Below are positions 38,106 to 49,507 of a DNA stretch of 64,000 nucleotides, in pieces. The translations under genes were made by a program, and so were the position numbers. The stretch is from positions 124,001 to 188,000 of the forward strand of contig JAHLWZ010000791.1 in assembly GCA_020536535.1 (NCBI GenBank). Reading direction: 5' to 3'. The notes below the pieces were generated by a model. The model was given only the letters and a program-made list of their open reading frames with translations, did no database searches and had not been told where the DNA came from. The stretch's first letter is position 1. Each line of letters starts with the position of its first letter. Origin of the DNA: Pelomyxa schiedti (Eukaryota; Protista; Evosea).

Positions 38106-41100
38106 ATGTCGGGAGGGACAGGCAGGACTGTGTATAACGTGTACTTTGTGGGACCCCCCGAGTCGGGAAAAAGCACAGTGCACAACACGATTTATAGGGA
38201 GCTCTCTGGCTCAGTTATCTTACTTGTCATGTCTTTCTATTGTTCTTGACTTTAATATTTGACGTTTGACTTTTATTTTGACGTGAGACGTGGGCTGCTC
38301 AGTGTCTCTTGCTGACTTTTTACTCATGAATGAATTCGTTTAGAATGTTGATCCCGATTTGATACGCGGGAACTCATCTACTTTCCGAATTGAAGCCAGG
38401 GCTGTTGATATACGTGACACAATGAGGATTGTACTGTGTGATTCATATGGCCCAGGGAGCCCGGTGCTTTCACACACCTCAGTAACTAAAGGAGGACCGG
38501 AAATAGCACTACTGAAAAAGATTCATGCCGGGGTTCCTCACAATAGGGATATCAGTGCTACGGACATTGCTGCCATTCCGTTAGCGCCAGAGAATGCAAT
38601 ACATGTTTGCTCTTTTGAAACTTTTTTTCGCAAACGCTCTAAATACTGTAAGAACCTCCAGCAAACCCCTTTTTTTTTTTCAGGTCTTTGTCATTGTTTA
38701 TAGAGCAGACACCATGAAATTGTCGAAGGGTCACGGTAAGGTCATTCTCTTGTATTCAGACATGTAAGTGAACAACCAGTTTCCATGGAAGATGCTCAGT
38801 ACATAAACAATCTGCGTGTGCATATTTCCAAGTTGACTGCACATCAAGAGCCTTTGCTTATTTTGACCCACTGTGACAAAATAAAAGTACTCCTAGGTTA
38901 ATAGCCACGCCTCTTAAAGTAACCACATACAGGCCAGTAAAAGTAAGAAGCTGCAAGTCAAGATTCCAGAAGTATTCTACGGAAATAGAGGTACACCTAC
39001 AGAACTGTTTATTTACCTTATTGGGTTTTAGTGTTCTTGCTGGGTCACAAGCAAAGGTTAGGAACCCTGTTGATGGAGCTGTTACCAGAATATAGTACAA
39101 ACTGTTCACACTTCATTGAGTATCTTTCAGAAGGTATTTCAGTTTGTAGTTGAGCCCCTATAAATTCCGTATTCAGTGTTACGCATTGTGAAGCGAGACC
39201 CTCCTAAAACCGGTTTTTTATCGAGTTATTTTCCTTTCTTTACCCACACAAACCAGAAACTTCCTCTGAACGGGAAGAAGTGCAACACACTCCCCCTTCT
39301 CTTCCTCAAAATCCACCTCTAAGACCAGTACTCAATCTCTCACCAAGAAACAATCACCAAAAAGTTCCAAACAATGTGCATTCCTCCGTTTCACCACCAC
39401 CCAATCGGGTGTCATCATCAAGCCATCCAACTGGTACATCACTGCCAATCCCAGACCCAAAAACCAACACCGATGACGTTGTCCTGCTGTTGGGAGAAAC
39501 AGGGTCTGGGAAAAGCACCGTTGTCAACACCCTCACAAACTATTTTCTGTCTGGGACACTGGATGACCTGCATATTGCCATTCCCACCAAGTTTTTGGCA
39601 CAGACAGAAAAGCAGTTCAAGACAAATGAAACCAATTGTGGTGACAGAAGCCAAAGCCAAACGGACAGCTGCAATGCGTATAAGTTCGATTACATCGATT
39701 ACGCTCGAAGAAAATGCACTTTCACCCTGATTGACACTCCTGGTTTGAGTGACAGCCGAGGATCGTCGAAAGATGACGAAAATATTGCAAAGATATTCGA
39801 GACAGTCACAAAGCAACCCACGCTGTCGTGCATCATCATTGTTGTCAATGGAACCAATTCCAGACTGACAGTCACCATGAACAACGTCATTCAACGTCTG
39901 AAAGGGGCTCTCCCCGATGCCATCTTGGAGAAGGTTGTTGTTGTTCTGACCAACTGCCGACCAGACACTGCGAACTTCGATCTCAACACTCTGAGTTGGC
40001 TGAAAAAGAGACATATAGCTTACATGAATAACACCGCTTTCTCCAAGAACCCTACCGAGTGGACACCTGCTGCAAGAAAGTTTTTGGAGGCATGAGTCCC
40101 GACTCTGCGTTTTCAACCTTGTTTCGTGATGAACTAACCTTGTACCACTCTCTCACAAAGGTCGAATGGGAGGAAAGCATGCAAGTTTGCCGCAACACAG
40201 TGCGGTTCATTTCCTCACTTGGAAAGACAAGCTCAGAAGCGTTCTCAAAAATGCGAGCAAGTAGGTTTGCGATCCTGCAAGAACTTCACGATTCCCGCTT
40301 GCAGATTGCCCAGCTGCACAAGATGCAGGAAGAACTTGCTGCAGTGGAAAAAGAGATGACAAGGTTACAGGCTGATGCCAAGTCCTTCAGCAATTTTGTG
40401 GTGAATAAGACCGTGACGAAAACCGAACTTGTTGACAGCAATCACCACAGCACGTTGTGCAGGGTGTGCAGCCATGCGTGCCACGAGAACTGTGGTCTCT
40501 CAGAAATCACAACCGAAGGAGACAATGCCTTCCGAAACTGTGCAGCCATGACGGGAGATAATTGCCATGTGTGTCCTTCCAAATGTTCTTACAAGAGGCA
40601 CTACCATGCAAAGAAGGTGTGTTACCCCAGTTGCCAACCGAGTTACTAACTTCGTACTCTTTCTTTTCAGACAATGCGCACTGTTCAGGTCACTCTTCAA
40701 GAAGTCCTTCAAGATATGAAGGATAAATACAACGCATCACAAACAGGAGCCAAGAGAGCCATGTCCCAAGTCACTGACATTGAAAGTGCCAAAACTGCCA
40801 TAAAACTTGCGATAGACGGCAGAATAGCCAGTCTGAAGAAATACTGTTTTGAAATCAAAAAACTGTGCTCCAACTTCAATTTGGTTGACGAGCTTCACAT
40901 CACGATTGAACAAATGAAGACTGAAGCACGAAGTTATCAAACTTTGGATGCAAGAAGGTTCTTCCAATTTTGCGAACACCCAACTACACACAATCACTAA
41001 ACCCCGTTTCTCTCAAGGAGTTCTGACAAAATGATCGAAAGTCTTGAAGGACTTTGTGCTGAGTTTGCAACACGGCAACCAAGGGAGTCCGCTGCGGCCT

Positions 41101-42329
41101 CAGTTTCCACTTCAAACTCTGTTGTGGTGTTAAATGACTTGGTTTTCCCCGAAGACACCCAGTCAGAATCAGAATCAGAATCTGAATCTGAGGAAAGCTC
41201 GGATTCAGGCTCTGAACCTTCTGCCAGACCTACGTCATCCACCTCACCTCAAACTGAACAAATTCCAACAAGACCAACATATGAAATCAGATATGTTTAT
41301 GCCCCTTTCGGATACCCCGAACCTTACAGAGAAGGGTATGCTCCTCCTGTGCAGTGGCCCCCCTATTTCGCATACCCCCTGGATCAAGTACCAGTTCAAA
41401 CAAATTTGTATGATTCTGGGTCTCAACCATTCATGTACAGTAACACCCCCGCATACCCCCAATACTACACTCCTCAGCAGCCCACCTCCCAGTCTACTTC
41501 ATCGCCTTCCGCACCTCCTTTCAGTGCTTCATTCGAGGGTCCACCACCAGGTGCATACCCACCTCCTCAATCTCCCTCATACGCCCCGCAAACGCACCAG
41601 CAGTACCCACCACCACAGTGTTCCCCTCAACAATCTTATGCACCACCCTACCCACCTCCAACCCAACCACAGCAAGGCCAGCCGTATCCGCCCCCACAAC
41701 CGCAGCGGTACCCACCACAGCAGGTTGGCCCCCAGTCCACAGCACAACCATATCCACCCCAAAACACCCCCTGCATATCGTCACCGTATCCCCCTCCATT
41801 ATCCCCCCACCAACAACAAGCACCACCACCAACACCACACCAGCAGCAACAGCAGCCACCGCCTCAACAGCAACCCTACCCGGCACCTCCAGCTCTCCCC
41901 GGCACCCTTGTGGTTCAACAGCAACCCTACTCCACAGTACCATCCCAGCAGTCCACGTATCCCCCGCCCTCTGTTCCTTACCACAGCCCACACCCACCAA
42001 CCAGGCCTCCACAACACTCCCAGTCCCCACCCCCCTCTGGATACCAACAGTATTCACAGTCATCAATCCTGCAATACCAACCACTGCCGCACCCCCCTGA
42101 TGTCAACCAACCTCAACCTTTGTCTGAACAATACCCCCAGCGTGCATTACAAGTTCAACAACAACAGTCTTACCAATCAGTAACAACCTCTCATTTGTAT
42201 CCCACACTAGTACCCTCTACACACGCACAGACAACAGACCCACAGGCAAACCATCCACCGGCAATGCAAATCAACAACCAGTATCCCCCTCCTCCCCAGG
42301 GTTATCCAGGCCAGTACCAGCAGTGGTAG
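38106..42329 (+). CDS. Tandem P-loop GTPase protein: IFI44-like GTPase, AIG1/septin-like GTPase, Cys/His cluster, coiled coil, P/Q/Y-rich tail
   Basis: GTPase 1: GPPESGKS, LCDSYG, 'NAIH|VFVIV', LTHCD. GTPase 2: GETGSGKS, SQT, IDTPG, LTNC. Then 'CRVCSHACHENC...CHVCPSKCSYKRHYH'. In-frame join through intron 39134-39256. Confidence 0.72.
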
Positions 42330-42606
42330 TGAACTGTATGTGGGTGGTTTAAATAGCCATGTAATAACAAATAGCCAGTTATGCAAGTTCTTTTTGCTTT
42401 CCAAAAACTCCAACAGCATCACAACAATTTTACCAGTCAGTTTCGTGAACAGTCCAGCATAGTTTTGCCTTAGTATTTTAGTATTCTGGCTGCGGCATTA
42501 GGAGAGTTGCCTTCGTAGTGAATGAATCGCAAATGTATAATAGTTTCCGCCCACACACACACACATTAGGCAAAGGAAAAGGTGGCTTCGACATAGCTTC
42601 CCATAA

Positions 42607-43215
42607 TCACTCGTCCGAGTCCAGGGCGTTGTAAGCAGCCTCCCTCAGCATCTCCACGATCCCGGCCACTCTCTCGGTCGCCGCGCCGGCCTCGGCGGCG
42701 CTGGTGTCCCGCCGGCGCCGCGCCTCGGCCCCGGCGTCGGTGGCTTCGTCGATCTCGCCCAGCGCGAGCTTGGAGCGCCACAGGTGGTGGTCCGCCGTGT
42801 AGTGCAGCTTGGAGCGCTCCAGCAGTTGCATTGCGCGGATCGCGCGCGCGATGTCCAGCCTCGTGTCGAGCGACTCTGGCGGGCGCGTTTCGTCGGCGGC
42901 GGCGGCCGAGGCTTGTTGTTGTTGTTGTTGTTGCGGGGGCGCGGCTGCGGCAGATGCCGAGGTTGCGGTCGAGGTCGAGCTGGCCGCGGCGGGGTCGCTG
43001 GGTCGGAACCCAGACTCAATGGACCGGATCTCGTGTGAGATGGTCGCGAATTTGTCGGTGATTTCGGCAACATCGCGCTTGTACCGCCCCACGTCCCGTG
43101 ACTCCAACAATGCGTCGAGAGACCTCGACATCTCCACGTACACAGCCACCCTCTGTTCGTGTAGTGCAATAACCCGCATCAACTGCCTCCCGTCCACGGC
43201 ACTACAATCTCCCAT
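42607..43215 (-). CDS. REX1BD: REX1-B (required for excision 1-B) domain protein, intronless
   Basis: 'LHEQRVAVY...RYKRDVAEITDKFATISHEIRSIE...IRAMQLLERSKLHYTA...ERVAGIVEMLR' follows the REX1-B pattern. Confidence 0.75.
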   Translation of the reverse strand: MGDCSAVDGRQLMRVIALHEQRVAVYVEMSRSLDALLESRDVGRYKRDVAEITDKFATISHEIRSIESGFRPSDPAAASSTSTATSASAAAAPPQQQQQQQASAAAADETRPPESLDTRLDIARAIRAMQLLERSKLHYTADHHLWRSKLALGEIDEATDAGAEARRRRDTSAAEAGAATERVAGIVEMLREAAYNALDSDE

Positions 43216-43421
43216 CGAAAGCAGAAAAAAAGGAAATGAATTGTATTGCAGATCATGTCGGCCGCAGTATCACCTTCCAAGGCTTTGAGGGCTGCGAGGG
43301 CGGTACCTGTAGCCCACAATTCAACAAAACTCCTCTGTAAAAAAGGAGGCAATGAAGCTTCTTTTGCAAGCAAGTTCTGCTCCCTGTTTCCGACTTGTGG
43401 GAATGAACACGGTCGCTGCGA

Positions 43422-44722
43422 TCAAAAAGCGCGTTTTCTTTTTCTGCCTGTGTACTTGGAGTCGGGGCGTACGTCTTTGCCTTGAGCTTTTTGCTTTTCC
43501 TTCTTGTTCAGAATCCACTCCTTGCTTTTTATTGGAACTCTATGGTTGGGTTCTTTCCCCTTCTTTTTAGAATCCCTGGCCCTGTGTGGAGTGTTAGGCG
43601 TGGAGAATTCATTCACTTGTACCTGGTCTGGAACGGAGCAAAGACAGGGTCTTCATCTACACCAAGAGGAGTTGGTTCCTTGTAGCCAGGCGGTGGAGGA
43701 CCGGCGAACAACGTTAGGAAAAATCTTGAGGAAGGGTGTTAATAGAGAAGGATGAGAAGACATAGTGTACTTTTTTGCTTTTGTGGAATGTGGGTAGTCA
43801 ACAACAAGACCTCCAGTAAAACCAGCTTTCATGGCGCTAGCTGTGATGAGTTCCATTTGCTGAGGGGTCTCGGGGTACAGCTGAAAGAGAGTGTTAATTA
43901 GCACAAAGAGGATTGCTACTCCTACCTGGAATACAGCTCTTGAGTGCCTTTTTAAGCAGGCATACAAAGAGCCGAAGAATACATTCAGTCGGTGGTGTGC
44001 ATTGTGTGTTGATTTATCTACATTACATAACCATTGTATGGCTGAAATACTGAGGCAGTTTTATAAGTAAAATTTTGTCTATTATATCCCAAACCTCACA
44101 GCACCGTCAAAAGTGCCTGCGCGGAATGGAAGGCCATCACCGAGGTCACGTTGAATTATATCCCCTTCAACACCTCGTTGCATTGCAATCCCTGAAACAT
44201 GAGTGAGACCATTGCAGGTCGGAAGAATAACTACAAGCAAGAAACCATACTAAGCATTGCAGAGCTGATGTCAAGCCCCACCCATTGATGGCCGGAAGCC
44301 GAGAGAACTGAACCACTCAAACCTGACCTATAAATCCTCAAAAACAGCCTCATATGAAAAAGACAATGCCAACCCGCAACCAAGGTCCAGCAGGAGAAGA
44401 GGACCGTCCTCAGTATTTAAATTCATGAGTTCAATGGCACGTTCTGACATTTGTGTCTGAATCTCAATCATCCTTGAACTGTGCTGTTCGTAAGGTCACA
44501 ACTACAGCCAGTTTTTTCCACATTTACCTCGACGCGTATTTGCTCGCCATATCCTCGTCGTAATACTTGAAAATGACATACAGTCGCAAGAGAATTACAA
44601 AAAAAAAATAAAGAAAAATAAAAACAGTGAAAAAAAGGGTGTTAGAACTCTCAAAGAAACGTATTCTTTGTGTGCACACGTACCACGTCCGGCGGCGCCT
44701 CGTGTTCCGGTCGCCTGGCCAT
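43422..44722 (-). CDS. BUD23: 18S rRNA m7G methyltransferase
   Basis: 'MARRPEHEAPP', 'IQTQMSERAIEL', 'LLDLGCG|SGLSG', 'ISAIQWLCN', 'AMKAGFTGGLVVDYPHSTKAKK', 'SKYTGRKRK'. Confidence 0.96.
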
Positions 44723-44816
44723 CTCCGCCCACTGTTTATTAATTGCGTTGCAACTGTAGATCTGTCTTCGTGAATTTTTTTTTTCTTTTTCTTCCTCCAA
44801 AAAAAAAGAGAGAGAT

Positions 44817-45431
44817 TCAGAAGGAAGACGAGTTGTGTTGCGGCGTGGTTGATGAGGCAGGGGACTGCGGTATAACTATCTTGAGTTTCGGTCCTGCGAA
44901 TCCAAATCCCAGTCTCTCATAGAAGGCACGGGTCCTCACCCACGCTGGGTCTTCTGGTGCTGTGACGTCGACTCTGGACCACAGGCGGCTCTGTGCGTAG
45001 GCTATTGCCCTTTGTACAAGGGCATCACCCACTTTGCGGCAGCGGTATGCTGGTGCAACGTACATCTCGTTTATGATGCCGTAGTTACCACCAGCGTAGA
45101 TGGCAAAGCACTCTGACAACGTAAGCACGCCTACTGGTTCTGTTGTTTTTTTTTTTTTCAGTATTCACCGGCCTACTGGTTGTGGTTTTGGTGTGGCGGG
45201 TTAGGGAAGGATGGGGGAACCTTCTTTGCCAGGAACAAATGCCAACAGAGCAATGTGTTGGCCAGAAGCACATCGCAAATGGTATTGCCTCATCATCATC
45301 GCCGGGTCCGGCGTCGCTTTGTCTGCGTCCTCCGCCTCTGGTCCCAGCTCAACCAACAACGCACGCACCATTTCATGCACGCGGTTATGATCTACCTCAC
45401 TCACAGCCTCCCGAACCGTCACCTCCATCAT
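44817..45431 (-). CDS. GNAT family N-acetyltransferase, bacterial type, one intron
   Basis: 'VGVLTLSECFAIYAGGNYGIINEMYVAPAYRCRKVGDAL...WSRVDVTAP...RTRAFYERLGFGFAGPKLK'. Confidence 0.88.
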
Positions 45432-45486
45432 CTGTCACCAACAGCCACACAAACCGTTAAAACGACAATTTGAAACAAAAAAAAAT

Positions 45487-45868
45487 GGGTTGCGTGGTTG
45501 CGTCAAGCGTGGTCTGGTGGCTCAGCGAGCCATTCCCATTAAATCAGTGCCTCCCAGCATCGCCCAGGCAGGGTCCTGTTTGACGAGGACTCCTGCTCAG
45601 ACGTGCAGCAGGCGGGATTGTTTGTTGGGGAGCCGCGGCTCGACTGCCTGCCGGGTCGCAGGCTCCCCTAATGGGAACGGGATTGGTGGTCCCGTTTCCC
45701 CGATGGATGCCTTTGGTAGCCGAGCATTGCACCCGGTGTCGCAGAACTTTGCGACAATGACAAACGTCATCGTACCAAAGACCCCAGCGGGGTAATGAGG
45801 CCCAATCGATGGAGATGGTGGTGGCCCCACCCTCGCATTTGGGATCGGCGAAAAGACGCATTTTTCGC
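45487..45868 (+). ncRNA. Candidate structured non-coding RNA, family unassigned
   Basis: GC-rich intergenic block with many nested helices and no convincing ORF; G-U pairs favour the plus strand. Confidence 0.4.
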
Positions 45869-46174
45869 AAAGGTCGTCGGAAAATTCCATTCAGGTGAAT
45901 TGAAACAAGAGTTCGAAGTAACGCTCGTGCTTTTTATGCACACAACCCGAAGTTTTTGTTGGTTCTCAGCACTTAAAAAACCACTTTTCGTATGGTACAT
46001 CTCATTATGGGAACTCCACATTCGATTGTTCTTCTATGGTGTGTTTCTCTCTTTTATTTGTTTATGTTCTTGGGGATTGTGCCCACATGGCCTCTTTTTT
46101 CTGTGTTCAACACTACCTTTGGTTCAGAAATGAAAAGGAACATCTTGGAGAATTAACAACAGCTTTTTATTGTT

Positions 46175-47956
46175 TCATGAAAACACCCTTTTGAATGGTT
46201 CCACGTTTCCATGTGGATTGTGGATTTTTCTGGTGTTGTGGTCGTCAATGACTGCTATTGCTACTGTCTGGAAATATTGTCCATATTGCCGTAATGCCTG
46301 CTTGATGAGGAGTGCAATTGACACTGGGGGATTCCCATAGGCACCACACCCAAGAGCAGAGAGAACCAACGAATCATGTCCTAAAACGTGCACATTAAAA
46401 CCAAGTACACACAACAAAGGGTTGAGCACTTACCATTTTCTATGGCAACCTGGAATATTACATGAATCTTGTGCTCTGTATCCCTTAGAACTTTTCCGGA
46501 AAGAATAGGGTCACCAGTCGTACGATCGGTATCCAGTGGGGGTTGATTGTAGGCTTCATGGAGACAGTTCAGAAAGAAAGCGATGTGTAATAAAGAAACC
46601 TGCGGCACTGATATAAGATAATTCTTGTACAGTATCCAAGAAAGCATAGGCATGCGCTTCAGATTGTCGGAAAGTGGGTACATTGGGACTATAGAGCACC
46701 CCTAAGGATACCACAATTAAAGACAACTATTTCCAAAAAGGAGGAGCACCAAATTCCGGAATTGGGTACCGCCACAGTCTGTGGGGGTTGACACGGTATG
46801 GATCTTCTAGGCAATGAAATAATGATGTCCGTCTGTGAAGGTTTTCTGTTTCCCGTGAGTCTCCCCTTTCTGAGAGAATAAAAGCGAACCTTCTTGGGCT
46901 CCAGCACCAGTTTTATAGCCACCTTAGTAGGAAAAAGAAAAAGTTAAATACAAGTTTAATGAAGAAATTAATACCTCCCGGATGACTAGCGGAAGCCATG
47001 TTGAGTACTGCTGGGTTTAATCCCCTTTGCTTAAATCACAGTTAACTCACAAATACCTGAAATGTGTACCTTGAGCTCGAGAGCAACTTCGATGCAATCT
47101 GCTTCCCGCACTTCAACGGGACAACAGGGGGTGGATGGTGGAGTGGGAATGGTATAGGTATAGTCATTTGGGTATAGTTTTGTGTTGAGTGCTATGTTAT
47201 GTTAAGATTGCCAATAACTTCCAGAAACCAATCCTCTCACCTGCACTTGGAGGGATTAGTGGCCTAATAGAGAATTCATATTGTCTTGTACTTCAGTTGA
47301 GCATCTTTGGATATCTCTACAGTAGTTCCATTTGGTAAAGCATAACCCCCTCTTAAGCAACTAACGATAGTACCAGCTTGCACTGCTTGCCTCAGACATT
47401 TCTGAGCAAAGAAGAACAAGTGGGTAAAGAGCCTAAGCACTCATAACAAAAGATCAAAATATTCTCCCCAACAGGTCAACCCCAGACACTTAACAAACCG
47501 TATCTATATAATATATCCCAACATGCACATTCTCAGAACAACAACTACAACAAGAATAAGAATAAGAATAACAACAATAACCAAAACAAAGCACCAACGC
47601 ACGATGGCGGCGCGATTCGATTGGTACTTCAACCAGGCAGCCAGGAACAAGTCGGGGTCGAAGGCGTACCCGAGCGCGGCCTTGTGGATGTCCATCGAAG
47701 TCGGCCGCTCCAGCACCCACCCGGGCATCGGCTCCGTGGCCACCGGCGTCCTCGTGACAACCTCCCACCGCAGCTCGAACGGCGTCCCATAATTCCCCCC
47801 GCCCCACCCGCCGCGCCCCGTTCCCCCCTCGTATCTCCAGTGCTGGTGCCCATGGTTGCCCCCACCGCCGCGCCCGCGTCCTCGCCCTCGTCCCTCGTTG
47901 TTGTTGAAATTGCTGCCACCCAGGTACCCGTGTGCTGCCATCTCTAGCTCTATCAA
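46175..47956 (-). CDS. Microbial-type poly(ADP-ribose) glycohydrolase (TIGR02452/DUF2263 macrodomain) with N-terminal RG/RGG tract
   Basis: 'NPAVLNMASASHPG|GGYKTGAGAQE|ENLHRRT', 'HDSLVLSALGCGAYGNPP', 'DDHN...HNPHGN'. Confidence 0.88.
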
Positions 47957-48029
47957 TCAATATTTTGTTTTGCGAATGTTTTTCGAATACAAAGTAAGAA
48001 CAGTTTCTACTCACTTTCTAAAACCTTAT

Positions 48030-49480
48030 GACTGGCAGGAGCTTGGCAGTGATCGTGGTGTGTCCTGCCAAAGCTTGCCCTCATGGCCTCCCTCACATCC
48101 TTGTCTTTTCCACCAGTGCCAGTCAAGTACACAGCAGCCGGGCGTTGATTGTGGATCGAGTTTCCCTGTCCCAATGGCAAAAACAGGACCGTAGCTCTGG
48201 GCCAAACTCAGTGCCACTGCATTAAGAGTGTAAACATCTGAAAGGTCCTGGTGTTCTGTGCTGCACATTTCCTTAACATAGAGCTTTTTGTTCTGTGTTT
48301 GGTTTCAGTTCCCCACTCAAAAATGGCTCTCTTTGTTCGCACATTTTTTGGTGGTTTCCTATTTACTTTTTCTGATCCTTTTAAACACATACATTTATTT
48401 ATTGATATTGTGTTCTTCTTTGGGATGTGTAGTTGGCCTGGCAAATTTTGGTTGTGATTGTTGAGGTTTTTGTTTTCATGTTATTGTGTGTTGGAGGTAC
48501 CATGAAGCCTATCTCAGGCTTTTTGAGTTTGGGTTGGCTGGGCAAAGTTTCTCAATTTCAGATGCTAGTTGTTGAAGGGTGTAAGTGGTTTTGTCATTGG
48601 TCTTGTGTCAATCCAGAACCAAGCCATCTTGGTTGCTGGCCTGTTTTACTTCCCCCAACAGAACATGTGCTGTTTTGATAGGACAGCCTCCCAAGAAGTA
48701 AATTTAATAAATGCCCAGTTGTGTGGGCTTACCCCCTTAATTTAAAAACATAACACAAACTGTGTGATTCTGTGAACATCTCCAACAACCAGACCATAAC
48801 ATTTCATTACTGATGACTTCCCATTCCAAAAACAAACCACTACTACACCAGCACCACCATTACACTTTTGAAATTCTGCAGAAAGAACAACGATCACCAG
48901 CTTCAGAGGAAGGGGGAGCTGTGATTCTGCAAACACACAGGCAAACTGTGCACAAGGCACACTCACAAGACTCTTTGTTCTCTTTTGGTGCAGTTTTCCC
49001 ACCCAAGGAAACAAAACTGATTGTGTCAAAGTTCTCAGAGCTCTCTATGCCAGGGGTGAGAGAGGAAGAGGAAAGAAAGTGTCTGCATCACAGCCTCAGG
49101 CAGCACCATCAACATCACAAACCCAGGAAACCCGTTGCTTCACAACCTTTTGATGTTTCCTGGAGTATAGCCTGCTTTGTATTGCTCCTTCAGAAGCCCA
49201 CATCCAGCAGTCAGCATCACTAAGCACAGTAGGTAAGCTCTATGAATGTCTCCACTGGCCCACACCTGCAAGCAGTCCTTCACTGTCTGACTGATCGAGG
49301 CAAAACAACATCGTGGAACACCTCGCAATTCTGACTCGAAGTGGCGCAATGGCAGTGGAACTGCATCTTCATCACAGTCTTCCTCGTAGCTCATTTTTTA
49401 CCATCACACTAAACAATAAAAAAAAAAATGATCATAGTTCCAGGAACATGCCCTGGTGTGGGAATCCCACAGATTGGATG
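48030..49480. pseudogene. Decayed, CpG-depleted segment with broken ORF fragments on both strands
   Basis: Only short ORFs, no consistent spliced model; about 3 CpG in 48241-49260 by eye count. Confidence 0.3.
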
Positions 49481-49507
49481 AAATTGGCATTGGATTGGTG
49501 AGTGAGG

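Noticed and set aside
45487-45760. Assignment as SRP RNA, RNase P/MRP, cobalamin riboswitch or HDV-like ribozyme
   Set aside because: Only partial word matches; diagnostic motifs are missing or out of order, so it is left unassigned.
37404-47956. Discoidin, double GTPase, GNAT and PARG as a clustered defence island
   Set aside because: Interspersed with housekeeping genes (BUD23, REX1-B); no evidence of co-regulation or co-transfer from sequence alone.
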